DNA of 43,237 nucleotides from contig CAZGJQ010000003.1 of NCBI GenBank assembly GCA_964525815.1, positions 1-43,237 on the forward strand. The letters run 5' to 3'. A model generated the notes under the pieces. That model was not told the DNA's origin. It saw only the letters and a program-made list of their open reading frames with translations, and did not search any database. This DNA is from an uncultured Oscillospiraceae bacterium. GTDB lineage: Bacteria > Bacillota > Clostridia > Oscillospirales > CAG-382. Shown here piece after piece: positions 25,854 through 35,516 of this stretch (the first letter of the stretch is position 1; the number at the start of each line of letters is the position of its first letter). The position numbers were made by a program, and so were the translations under genes.

Positions 25854-26894
25854 TTACTCTGTCTTATCAATAAACACCTGCTTTTTTGACTCCGCCGATT
25901 TATAGATTGCGAGTATGGTATCAACCGCTTTCCTGCCCTCAACCACATCGATTAAGGGCTTTGTTTTTGTCTTTAACGCACGGATAAAATCCAGCATCTG
26001 TCTGGTGTGCCCGTCGGTGGAGATTGCGGTCGGAGTGGAGGCGGAGGAGGTCATTGCGGGCTGAAGAACAATGTCCTCATATTTGCTGTTGTCTATATCC
26101 CAGCGTGTAATCGAGGTCTCCTCAAGCACAATAGAGCCCCTTTCGCCGTTTATCTCAAGCCTTCGGGGATAACCCGGGAAGACAGAGGTTGTCGCTTGAA
26201 TAACCCCGATTGCCCCGCTCTCAAAATCAACCACGGCGGAAAGAGTATCCTCCACCTCTATTTTTCTTGCCAGAGTCTTTGATAAGGCAAAAACGCTTTT
26301 TATAGGACCGGCTAAATATTGAAGCAGGTCAACCCCGTGTATACCCTGATTCATAAGTGCGCCGCCACCGTCTATTCTCTTGGTACCCCGCCAGCTACCG
26401 CTGTCATAATACTCCTGTGTTCGATTATACTTCATATAAATATCTGCGCACAGAATTTTGCCGAGCAACCCGTCCTCTATCGCTTTTTTGGTCATGGAAA
26501 CCCCTTTTGCGAACCGATTCTGGGATATGGAGGACAAAAGAACACCGTATTCCCTGCATACCTTTTCAATAGAATCCAGCTGCTCCTTGGTTATTGCCAT
26601 CGGTTTTTCGACTATAATATGCTTCTTTGCCTTTGCCGCCTTAATAACCACATCCGCATGATAACCGCTCGGTGTACAGATGTTTACAACATCGATATTC
26701 TTGGATTCAAGCATTTCCTCAAGGGAAGCGAACGCCTTTATTCCGTGCCGGTTAGAAAACTTCTCGGCGGCGTCATATACTATGTCGGTTACTCCCACCA
26801 GCTCAGCCTCATTCGGTATGTCCAGAAGAGCGTTGGCATGAAAATCCGCTATCACTCCGCAGCCTATTATTCCGAACCTGATTCTCTTCCTCAT
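25854..26894 (-). CDS. Gfo/Idh/MocA family oxidoreductase
   Basis: GIIGCG, ICTPSGYH, VEKP, GGGALMNQGIH; TTGACA-N17-TACAAT promoter at 26940-26968. Confidence 0.9.
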   Translation of the reverse strand: MRKRIRFGIIGCGVIADFHANALLDIPNEAELVGVTDIVYDAAEKFSNRHGIKAFASLEEMLESKNIDVVNICTPSGYHADVVIKAAKAKKHIIVEKPMAITKEQLDSIEKVCREYGVLLSSISQNRFAKGVSMTKKAIEDGLLGKILCADIYMKYNRTQEYYDSGSWRGTKRIDGGGALMNQGIHGVDLLQYLAGPIKSVFALSKTLARKIEVEDTLSAVVDFESGAIGVIQATTSVFPGYPRRLEINGERGSIVLEETSITRWDIDNSKYEDIVLQPAMTSSASTPTAISTDGHTRQMLDFIRALKTKTKPLIDVVEGRKAVDTILAIYKSAESKKQVFIDKTE

Positions 26895-27012
26895 TTTTCG
26901 ACTTCTCCTAAGCATCAGTATTTGCTCTCAATGCTTAATATTGTAGCAAAAAGCGTTTTCGGTGTCAATAGCAAAACAGTCCTCGGCGGCATTAACATAA
27001 TATAAAAAGGTA

Positions 27013-27041
27013 TTGACTTTACAGGATAAATGATGTATTAT
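27013..27041 (+). promoter_or_regulatory. Sigma-A promoter of serC-serA
   Basis: TTGACT-N17-TATTAT. Confidence 0.6.
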
Positions 27042-27079
27042 TTATTAAGTTATCAAATATCCGGAAAAGAGGAATAAGA

Positions 27080-28156
27080 ATGAATCGTGTGTATAATTTT
27101 TCGGCGGGACCCTCCATGCTTCCTTTATCGGTTCTTGAAAGGGCTGCGAGAGAAATGACCGATTATAACGGCAGCGGTATGTCGGTAATGGAGATGAGCC
27201 ACCGATCACCTGTATACAACGAGATTATTGTATCGGCAGAGCAGAAGCTGCGCAAGCTGATGAATATTCCCGATAATTATAAGGTTTTGTTTTTACAGGG
27301 CGGAGCTACCACCCAGTTTTCCGCTGTGCCGCTTAACCTGATGAACAAAAACAGAAAAGCGGACTATATAATAAGCGGGCAATTCTCTAAAAAAGCGGCT
27401 GCGGAAGGAGCAAGGTTCGGCGAGGTAACCGTTCTTGCGGACTCAAAGGACAAGAATTACAGCTATATTCCGCATGTGGAAAGCTTTTCGCCCGATTCCG
27501 ATTATGTTCATATATGCTATAACAACACAATTTTCGGCACTACCTACAACTATATTCCCGATACGGGTGATATCCCGTTGGTTGCGGATATGTCGTCCGC
27601 AATACTTTCTAAGCCAATTGATGTGTCAAAATATGCATTGATATATGCAGGTGCGCAGAAGAACATGGCTCCTGCGGGGCTTACCGTCGTTATAGTGCGG
27701 GAGGACCTTATCGGCAATGCCCGTCCGGAGACTCCGGTTATGCTTGATTATAAGGTTCAGGTCGAGAGTGACTCCATGTATAACACTCCGCCCTGCTATT
27801 CTATTTATATCGCCGGGTTGGTTTATGAGTGGATTTTGGAGCTTGGCGGTCTTGAGGCGATGGCTAAAATAAACAATTACAAGGCGGCTCTGCTCTATGA
27901 CTATCTGGACAGCTCAACCCTTTTCAAGCCCACGGCACAGAAGGAGTTTCGCTCCGTGATGAACGTCTGCTTTGTTACCGGGGATGAGAATCTGGATAAG
28001 CGGTTCTGCTCCGAAGCCAAAAAGGCAGGCTTTGAGAACATTAAGGGGCACCGCTCGGTGGGCGGTATGCGTGCTTCCATATATAACGCAATGCCTGTGG
28101 AGGGAGTAAAAGCGCTCGTGGAGTTCATGAGAAGGTTCGAGGCGGAGAATAAGTGA
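27080..28156 (+). CDS. serC: Phosphoserine aminotransferase
   Basis: NFSAGP, EMSHRS, QGGA, DMSS, GAQKN, NTPP, GHRSVGGMRASIYNA. Confidence 0.97.
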   Translation: MNRVYNFSAGPSMLPLSVLERAAREMTDYNGSGMSVMEMSHRSPVYNEIIVSAEQKLRKLMNIPDNYKVLFLQGGATTQFSAVPLNLMNKNRKADYIISGQFSKKAAAEGARFGEVTVLADSKDKNYSYIPHVESFSPDSDYVHICYNNTIFGTTYNYIPDTGDIPLVADMSSAILSKPIDVSKYALIYAGAQKNMAPAGLTVVIVREDLIGNARPETPVMLDYKVQVESDSMYNTPPCYSIYIAGLVYEWILELGGLEAMAKINNYKAALLYDYLDSSTLFKPTAQKEFRSVMNVCFVTGDENLDKRFCSEAKKAGFENIKGHRSVGGMRASIYNAMPVEGVKALVEFMRRFEAENK

Positions 28157-28195
28157 CATTCCGCAAAAAATTAATCTTACAAAGGATATGATATA

Positions 28196-29356
28196 ATGAA
28201 AAGCATCAAGCTGCTCAATAAGATTGACAGTGTCGGCATAGAGGCGTTTAACAATAATAAATACTTAGTTTGCGACAACGCCGAGAATCCCTGCGGCATC
28301 CTTGTCCGCTCTGCGTCCATGCATGAAACGGAGTTTGGGGACGGTCTGCTCGCAATCGCAAGAGCGGGAGCCGGCGTAAACAATATCCCGCTCGACCGCT
28401 GCTCCGAAAAGGGCATTGTGGTGTTTAATACTCCCGGAGCAAACGCCAACGGTGTAAAAGAGCTTGCAATAGCCGCTCTTCTTTTATCCTCCAGAAAAAT
28501 CGTGGACGGAATCAACTGGGCGAACGGTCTGAAGGGTCAACCGGATGTCGTTAAGCAGGTGGAAAAAGGTAAGTCTAAGTTTGCCGGTCCGGAGCTTAAG
28601 GGAAAAACCCTCGGGGTTATCGGCTTAGGAGCAATCGGCGGTATGGTCGCCAATGTCGCATACGGACTCGGTATGGAGGTTATGGGCTGCGACCCCTATA
28701 TTACCGTAAACGCAGCATGGTCACTTTCCAGAGCGGTTTCCAAGGCGGAGAATTACGATGAGATATACGCCAACAGCGATTATATAACAATACATGTTCC
28801 CTCTCTTCCCTCCACCAAGGATATGATAAACAAAGAAGCAATCTCAAAAATGAAGGACGGGGTTCGTATAATTAACCTGTCCAGAGGCGACCTTGTTAAC
28901 ACGGCGGATATAATCGAAGCACTTCGGAGCGGCAAGGTTTACTGCTATGTTACCGATTTCCCGAACGAGGAGTTGCTGGGAGTGGAAGGTGTTATTGCAA
29001 TACCTCACCTCGGAGCATCCACTCCCGAATCGGAGGAGAACTGTGCGCTTATGGCGGCGGAGCAGCTGATTGATTATCTCGAGAACGGAAATATACGCAA
29101 CAGCGTTAATTATCCGGAGATTGTACTGCCCCGGGTAACAAAGAACAGGGTCGTGGTTTTGCACGAGAACATTCCGAATATGCTCGCCCAGGTTTCCACC
29201 ACTCTTTCTTCCGCTAATATTAATATCGAGAGCCTGCTCTCTCACGCAAAGGGACAGAACGCCGTTTCCATCTATGACAGCGACGACATTATCGATGAGG
29301 CTGTTATTAAGAAGATAATGGCCATTCCCGCAGTTGTAAGGGTTATGGTTGTGTAA
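28196..29356 (+). CDS. serA: D-3-phosphoglycerate dehydrogenase with ACT domain
   Basis: RAGAGVNNI, NTPGANA, GLGAIG, PHLGAST, C-terminal ACT HENIPNML; follows serC. Confidence 0.93.
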   Translation: MKSIKLLNKIDSVGIEAFNNNKYLVCDNAENPCGILVRSASMHETEFGDGLLAIARAGAGVNNIPLDRCSEKGIVVFNTPGANANGVKELAIAALLLSSRKIVDGINWANGLKGQPDVVKQVEKGKSKFAGPELKGKTLGVIGLGAIGGMVANVAYGLGMEVMGCDPYITVNAAWSLSRAVSKAENYDEIYANSDYITIHVPSLPSTKDMINKEAISKMKDGVRIINLSRGDLVNTADIIEALRSGKVYCYVTDFPNEELLGVEGVIAIPHLGASTPESEENCALMAAEQLIDYLENGNIRNSVNYPEIVLPRVTKNRVVVLHENIPNMLAQVSTTLSSANINIESLLSHAKGQNAVSIYDSDDIIDEAVIKKIMAIPAVVRVMVV

Positions 29357-29375
29357 ACATTTCGGACAATATTAT

Positions 29376-29407
29376 GCCGCAGGCAAAAAGCCTGCGGCTG
29401 ATTTTTT
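29376..29407 (+). terminator. Terminator after serA
   Basis: GCCGCAGGC/GCCTGCGGC stem and T-run. Confidence 0.8.
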
Positions 29408-29424
29408 GTGTTATTTGTATTATA

Positions 29425-31692
29425 TTATTTAAAGATAATATATTCAGAAGGAACGTAGACAGAAATATTTTTATCTGATTTTTTGCATGAGAGATAAATA
29501 TACACATCATAGTCGTTTTGCATGCTTCCTATACTAATAAATACCGTATCTTCCAAGTATATATCATATTTTTGTTCGACCTCGTCCCGCCATCCCTCAA
29601 GGAAAATATCGTCCAGCATCAGAACATCCCCTGTTTTATAATCAAATATAGTGCTTATGTATATTGGGAAATATTCATTGTCTTCCTGTATATATACGCC
29701 AAAGCAACCTTCGTAAACAACATAGCTCTTTCCGTAAACGGTAAAAGTAACATCCGGAGGCCAGTCATACGAGTATTCTTTTTCACCGAATCGGTTTTTC
29801 AGCGCTTCGGATGAAAAATTATCATCGAGTTTTTTGAGCATATAAGCGTTTATTTTATCACAGACCGCCTTTTCCATTCCGCTTTTTTCTGCGTCTATCT
29901 GCCAGAAGGTTATATACTCCTCATAATAGTCACCGAAACCAACATCGGTATGATAATACTCACGGTAGGAGCGGTATACAATGGAATCATCCTCCCATAT
30001 TCCCTTCATGTCACGGAGCTCGGAGGTAACCAGCATATCCTCGCAGCAGTAGGAGAAATCTATTTCTATGCCGTTGGGGAAAATGCCCTCCCCGCTTGCA
30101 AAGTAAACATTATTAAGCGAAAAAGTGTCAAATGTACCGGTAAGCGCCCAGAAATCACCTGTGGTATCGTATACCTGACCCCATGAATTGTAAGGCTGGT
30201 TTATTTCTGTTCTTATTCCGTTATTAACAGTTGCTATAAACTCCTGCTCCCTCCAGAACATATCGGTAAAGGAGAGCCTCTCCCCCGTATACAGATCCCA
30301 TACAGCGGTTACCGGAGAGTAATAAAAAAAGGGTGAGTCTTGGGAACCATCTTCATATGTACTTGAAACAACTACCGAGAGATACCCGTTTTCGCATTCC
30401 GATTTTACCAATATTCCGTAATATAGATCATAGTCAAATTGTTGAAATATATATTCCTTTGCTTTGTCTTTTTCGAGTTCCGCATTAGCTTCGGCATCAT
30501 CAATGAAATCATTAATCTCTTTCTGCAGGGCAGAATCCAATAATCCTTCCGCCCTATAATTTTTTCCTCTGTAATTCGCATCTGTATCATATTTAAGGTA
30601 ATTACTGGAGCAAACACCGTAATAAGTCTCGGGCAGGACATAGCCGGAGGCTTTTTCCCTGCCTGTTCCGTCCGAAAGGAGAGGCATAACAATTTCAGCC
30701 TCAAGCGGGGAAGCTATCTCTGAAACCGGAATATAACCGGAGGCGGAGACCGCCTGCTGACCCTCCTCGGACATAATCCATTCTATAAGGGTACGCACGG
30801 GAGCGTTTTCCGGTGTATTCGCATCTATTACTGCATAATTATAGGAGAGCAGAGGATAGCTGCCGTCATACATGGTTGAAACACTGGGCGCTATTCCGTC
30901 AACCTGTATAAACTTTACATTGCTTGCCGCCACATACATCTCTGCGGCATAGGAATAAACCGAATACCCGATTGAATTGATTGCATTATCATAGCTGGAT
31001 ATGACATCCATTAAGCCGCTCATGGTAGCGGGTAACGTTTCGGTCTTTGGCTCGGGCAGCTCTGTGTCTCCCATAAAGGCAAGCATATAGTTCTGGCTGC
31101 CGGAGGTCTGATTGCGCTGATACGGCACAATATCGGCGTCGCTTCCGCCGACCTCCTTCCAGTTTGTGATTTTTCCGGAGTATATGTCCTTAAGCTGCTG
31201 CGCGTCAAGCGAATCAACCGGGTTGTCTGCGTTCACCACAAACACGAACCCCTCCATTGCTATCGGGAACTTCTCCAGCTCCATTCCCCAGGAAGCTGCG
31301 TTATCATACTGAACCTGCGACAAGGGCACGGTCAGAATCACATCGCATTTTCCCTGGACAAGGTTATAGAAAGAGCCGTATGTCGTGGAATGAGAGACCT
31401 GCTTTTCTGCTTCCTCAAGGCTTATATCAAGCAGAGCCGCTCGGATACCCGCTTCAAGCGGTATTGTTGAGGTGGAGCCGTCAATAACGGGCATGTTAGC
31501 CCGTAAGTCTTCAAGCCTTTGCGCAAAATCGTCCCGGGATGTATTACTCTCTTCCTGAGATGATTCGTCATCCGAGTATTCCGAGCTCTCCGACATATCT
31601 TCGTCTGTCGGGCTGCATCCCGTAAATACGGTAAGTAAAAGAACAACTGCTGTAAGCAATGCTATAAGTGAAGAAAAAACTCTTTTTTCCAT
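29425..31692 (-). CDS. Lipoprotein with PstS-like phosphate-binding domain and long acidic C-terminal extension
   Basis: Lipobox FTGC; IDGSTSTIP, FVVNADNPV, IYSGKITNW, QRNQTSGSQ, YPL, SEEGQ; C-terminal half has two DxxTG-x3-L-x-D-x-F motifs. Confidence 0.8.
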   Translation of the reverse strand: MEKRVFSSLIALLTAVVLLLTVFTGCSPTDEDMSESSEYSDDESSQEESNTSRDDFAQRLEDLRANMPVIDGSTSTIPLEAGIRAALLDISLEEAEKQVSHSTTYGSFYNLVQGKCDVILTVPLSQVQYDNAASWGMELEKFPIAMEGFVFVVNADNPVDSLDAQQLKDIYSGKITNWKEVGGSDADIVPYQRNQTSGSQNYMLAFMGDTELPEPKTETLPATMSGLMDVISSYDNAINSIGYSVYSYAAEMYVAASNVKFIQVDGIAPSVSTMYDGSYPLLSYNYAVIDANTPENAPVRTLIEWIMSEEGQQAVSASGYIPVSEIASPLEAEIVMPLLSDGTGREKASGYVLPETYYGVCSSNYLKYDTDANYRGKNYRAEGLLDSALQKEINDFIDDAEANAELEKDKAKEYIFQQFDYDLYYGILVKSECENGYLSVVVSSTYEDGSQDSPFFYYSPVTAVWDLYTGERLSFTDMFWREQEFIATVNNGIRTEINQPYNSWGQVYDTTGDFWALTGTFDTFSLNNVYFASGEGIFPNGIEIDFSYCCEDMLVTSELRDMKGIWEDDSIVYRSYREYYHTDVGFGDYYEEYITFWQIDAEKSGMEKAVCDKINAYMLKKLDDNFSSEALKNRFGEKEYSYDWPPDVTFTVYGKSYVVYEGCFGVYIQEDNEYFPIYISTIFDYKTGDVLMLDDIFLEGWRDEVEQKYDIYLEDTVFISIGSMQNDYDVYIYLSCKKSDKNISVYVPSEYIIFK

Positions 31693-31815
31693 AATAAAAG
31701 ACCCCTTTTATCGTTAATATTGTACATGCCAAAAAAGTATATTATAATAGTGCGGAAAAAAACCCAAAAAAGTTTCACCGAAGAAAAAAATGCCTTCGCT
31801 TTATTAACAGACAAC

Positions 31816-31851
31816 AAAAAACGGCGTATTTCGATGAAATGCGCCGTTTTT
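31816..31851 (-). terminator. Terminator after the SGNH esterase
   Basis: AAAAACGGCGTATTTC/GAAATGCGCCGTTTTT stem. Confidence 0.75.
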
Positions 31852-31870
31852 CGACAAATACAATATAAGT

Positions 31871-32893
31871 TTACTTCCAGCCCGTTACCGACCTTATTTT
31901 CTTTACCAGCAGCTTGGACACACGCATATTCGCCCTTGTGTTCGGGTGCCCGTTCGCGCCGGTCTCGCCGGGAAGCTGATTTATGCTCTCCACATAAAGG
32001 AAATGCACCTTTTTGTCGGTCTTGTTCAGCTCTTTTATCGCTTCCTTGATTGCGGAGACATATTTGTCGTTCATCATTCCGTAGACCCAAACAATATGCG
32101 CTTCCGGATACTTTGAGCGAATAGAGTTAAGAAACTCCACCGATTTTTCGGTAAACTCGCGGTCGCCAATCGCTCCCGCCACATCATTTGTACCTGCGTT
32201 TACAACCACCACTCCCGGAATCCATTTTGAGAAGTCCCAGGGCTCCTTCTCCCGAGAGGCATATTCAAAGAATCGGGGAATATCCTCCTCCTTTTCTCCG
32301 TTGCAGTCGCAAACAATACCCTTCCCGGAAATGCATATATAATGTGCGTCCGCCTCCAGCTCCTTTGCCGTGAAATAGGCATAAGTCATGGTGCTGTCCT
32401 GCTGATAGGTCTGATAGGTCGTCTCGCTCGGGTCCGCAATTACACCGTAGCCGCTGGTTACTGAATCCCCAATAAACTCTATTCTTCTGGGCTTATCAAA
32501 GGGCGGGGACATAAACTTCTGATCCTTTCCGAATAAAACAAGCTCCTTGAATAACAGCGGAGCCGCACCCTCGGTAACCCTCAATACGGTAACCCTGTGC
32601 CTTTTATCCGGCAGATTCTCATATATGATTTTCTCCGTTCCGGTAGATATTGCAAAGCGTTGCTCCGAACCGTCAAGATACACCTTCACATATGCGGGCT
32701 GGTCGGCTGAATAGCTTCCAAGGGAAAGTATAAAGCCTGTTCCCGAAAAATTAAAGCTAAACCCGCTGTTCGACCAGTCGAAGGCGAGACATTCCTGTTT
32801 GATTGTATACCGTCCGTAGGTGCGAAGGTATTTACCGTTATCCTCGCTCAGCTTTATAGGCTGAGCCCCGATAACGGGCAGTCTTTTTTCCAT
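31871..32893 (-). CDS. SGNH/GDSL esterase, CE2-like, no signal peptide
   Basis: N-terminal beta domain, IEFIGDSVTSGYG, SGKG, NAGTND, GHP. Confidence 0.85.
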   Translation of the reverse strand: MEKRLPVIGAQPIKLSEDNGKYLRTYGRYTIKQECLAFDWSNSGFSFNFSGTGFILSLGSYSADQPAYVKVYLDGSEQRFAISTGTEKIIYENLPDKRHRVTVLRVTEGAAPLLFKELVLFGKDQKFMSPPFDKPRRIEFIGDSVTSGYGVIADPSETTYQTYQQDSTMTYAYFTAKELEADAHYICISGKGIVCDCNGEKEEDIPRFFEYASREKEPWDFSKWIPGVVVVNAGTNDVAGAIGDREFTEKSVEFLNSIRSKYPEAHIVWVYGMMNDKYVSAIKEAIKELNKTDKKVHFLYVESINQLPGETGANGHPNTRANMRVSKLLVKKIRSVTGWK

Positions 32894-32943
32894 TTTACAA
32901 CCCCCAAATTTATCATACATGGGCAATTGTACCATAATAACAG

Positions 32944-35451
32944 TTAATTATTACTACAAATTTTAATTAACGATTTGTAAATTTCGGAAGCCGCCAGCGG
33001 AACGACGGATAACAGGAACACAATTGCCCATTCCCTACCGCCAATGGCCGCAGTTCCGAATAGTCGGGAGAGGAACGGGACAAGCACGACGGAGACCTGT
33101 AAACCAAGACAAATAATAAAGGAGAGTACAAGATAGGGGTTTCTGAACAGACCGGAGCGGAACAGCGATTTGCGGCTGTGCAGATTAAAGGAATGAAAGA
33201 GCTGCGATACGGAGAGCACCAAAAAGCACATGGTTCGTGCTAAAATACGGTCGCCAAGCTCAGTGCCGATTATGTATGCGGTCAGAGCGAGAACACCGAT
33301 GAGAATACCACCCGCAGCCATTTCAAACACCATTCCGCCTCCAAAAAGAGATTCTCCTTTTTTCAGCGGCTTCTGCTTCATTACATCCCTCTCCGTCCTC
33401 TCTAAGCCGAGGGAGATGGCGGGCAGGCTGTCGGTAACCAGATTAACCCAGAGGAGCTGTATTGCGGTAAGGGGAGAGGGCAGGTTCAGCAATATAGCGG
33501 TAAACACGGTTATTATCTCGCCAATGTTGCAGGACAACAGAAAATGCACAGCCTTTTTAATATTTGCGTAAATACCTCTGCCCTGCCTTACCGCCTCCAC
33601 TATGGTGGAGAAGTTATCATCGGTAAGTATCAGGTCGGCGGCCTCCTTGGCAACATCGGTTCCGCTTATTCCCATTGCGCAGCCGATATCCGCTTTTTTA
33701 AGTGCGGGAGCGTCGTTTACGCCGTCGCCGGTCATTGCAACCACCATTCCGCTGTTTTGGTATGCCTCTACGATTTTTACCTTGAATTCAGGGGTTGTGC
33801 GGGCAAAAATGCTGGTTTTTTTTATGGTTTCAGCAAGCTGCTTCTGATTTAAGGAGGATAATTCCTTCTCGGTATGATATTCATCGCCTTCGTTATAAAT
33901 ACCAATGCTTTTCCCTATGGCAACCGCCGTATCAAGGTGATCTCCCGTTATCATTACCGGACGTATCCCCGCTTTTTTGCACAACGCAACCGCCTCATAA
34001 ACCTCGGGGCGGGGAGGGTCAAGCATACCGCAAAGACCTATAAGCTCGTAGGCGCATTCAAGCGGATTCTGTGGCGGCAATGCGCTCTCCGTCTTTGCAA
34101 ATGCCATTACTCTGAGTGCTCTTCCCGCCATATCCTTGACCGCTCGTTCGGCATTATCCCTGTTAGACGTGCAAAAAGGGAGCAGCACATCGGGAGCGCC
34201 CTTTATGTAGGTTATATATCTGCTTCCGTATTTATGGGTGGTTGTCATGAGCTTTTTCTTGGAATCAAAGGGGACCTCGCTTATTCTTTCGTACTTATTT
34301 ATAATGGATTCCGTATCGGATATATATTTTTTCGCATAATCTAAAAGAGCGTTCTCGGTGGGAGAGGAGAAATTGTTGCATAATATAAAGGGAAGGGAGA
34401 GCCTTCTGCCGTCTCCGAAAACCTCAGTAACCGTCATTTTGTTTTGGGTCAGCGTACCGGTTTTATCCGAGCAGATAACGCTTGCGCAGCCCAAGGTTTC
34501 AACCGCAGGTAATCTCTTAACCACCGCTTTTCGTCTCGCCATCATCTGAACACCGATGGAGAGCACAATGGTAACAATGGCGGGCAACCCCTCGGGAATT
34601 GCTGCCACCGAAAGGCTTACCGAGGTTAAAAACATCTCGCTTGAGGGCAAGCCCTTAATAATGGAAATTATAAAAATAAAGGCGCAGATTATCAGAGCGG
34701 CGTTACCCAGCGCACCGCTTACCTTGGACAGCCTTTTTTGCAGAGGGGTTTTACTTACCGAGCCGCCGTCCAGCATTTTTGCTATGCTCCCCACATAGGT
34801 GTTCATTCCGGTCTCAACCGCTATACCCCTTCCTCTCCCCGCTACTATTGCGGTTCCCGACCATGCCATATTGTGAATGTCGGTTATGTGCGTACTGTCC
34901 GGGAACAGGCAGTCAGCCTGCTTACTTACGCCGAGGGATTCACCGGTCAGGGCAGATTCGTCTATAATAAGCTCGTTAGCCTCGGTCAGCCTAATGTCAG
35001 CTGGTACAAAGCAGCCCTTTTCCAGTAAAATACAGTCTCCGGCAACAATATCCTCGCTCTTTATTTTTATCTGTTTCTTGTCCCGTATAACGGTAGCCTC
35101 CGGAGAGGACAGCGAGCGGAGAGCCTCCAATGCCTTCTCCGCCTTGCTTTCCTGAAAAACACCGATTACGGCGTTTAGAACAACAATCATTAAAATAATC
35201 AGGGGGTCTGCGTTTTTTTCTTCGCTTATATGTGAAGCGATAAAGGAAACCGCTGCGGCAATCAGCAGGATTACGGTCATTTTGTCGGTCATAGCCAGTA
35301 AAAAGCGGGTTATTATGCTTTTCTTTTTCTTATGCTCCAGCAGATTTTTCCCTTTTTCCCTGAGTCTGCGGGAGGCATCTGCGGAGGATAATCCGTCCCT
35401 TGATGTACCCAGCTCCTTATAAATAAAATCAGGCTTTTTTGAATACCACAT
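32944..35451 (-). CDS. P-type ATPase, P2A Ca2+-translocating type (YloB-like)
   Basis: TGES, PEGL, DKTGT, KGAP, TGD, GDGVNDAP, QLLWVNLVTD. Confidence 0.93.
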   Translation of the reverse strand: MWYSKKPDFIYKELGTSRDGLSSADASRRLREKGKNLLEHKKKKSIITRFLLAMTDKMTVILLIAAAVSFIASHISEEKNADPLIILMIVVLNAVIGVFQESKAEKALEALRSLSSPEATVIRDKKQIKIKSEDIVAGDCILLEKGCFVPADIRLTEANELIIDESALTGESLGVSKQADCLFPDSTHITDIHNMAWSGTAIVAGRGRGIAVETGMNTYVGSIAKMLDGGSVSKTPLQKRLSKVSGALGNAALIICAFIFIISIIKGLPSSEMFLTSVSLSVAAIPEGLPAIVTIVLSIGVQMMARRKAVVKRLPAVETLGCASVICSDKTGTLTQNKMTVTEVFGDGRRLSLPFILCNNFSSPTENALLDYAKKYISDTESIINKYERISEVPFDSKKKLMTTTHKYGSRYITYIKGAPDVLLPFCTSNRDNAERAVKDMAGRALRVMAFAKTESALPPQNPLECAYELIGLCGMLDPPRPEVYEAVALCKKAGIRPVMITGDHLDTAVAIGKSIGIYNEGDEYHTEKELSSLNQKQLAETIKKTSIFARTTPEFKVKIVEAYQNSGMVVAMTGDGVNDAPALKKADIGCAMGISGTDVAKEAADLILTDDNFSTIVEAVRQGRGIYANIKKAVHFLLSCNIGEIITVFTAILLNLPSPLTAIQLLWVNLVTDSLPAISLGLERTERDVMKQKPLKKGESLFGGGMVFEMAAGGILIGVLALTAYIIGTELGDRILARTMCFLVLSVSQLFHSFNLHSRKSLFRSGLFRNPYLVLSFIICLGLQVSVVLVPFLSRLFGTAAIGGREWAIVFLLSVVPLAASEIYKSLIKICSNN

Positions 35452-35516
35452 ATATATAAATAATCCTTTCCCCGACGTATCCGCCGAAATTAAGAAACAC
35501 GCCAAAAGGCTGCGTT

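Noticed and set aside
26319-27005. 228-aa plus-strand ORF
   Set aside because: Antisense shadow of the well-supported Gfo/Idh/MocA gene; no recognisable motifs.
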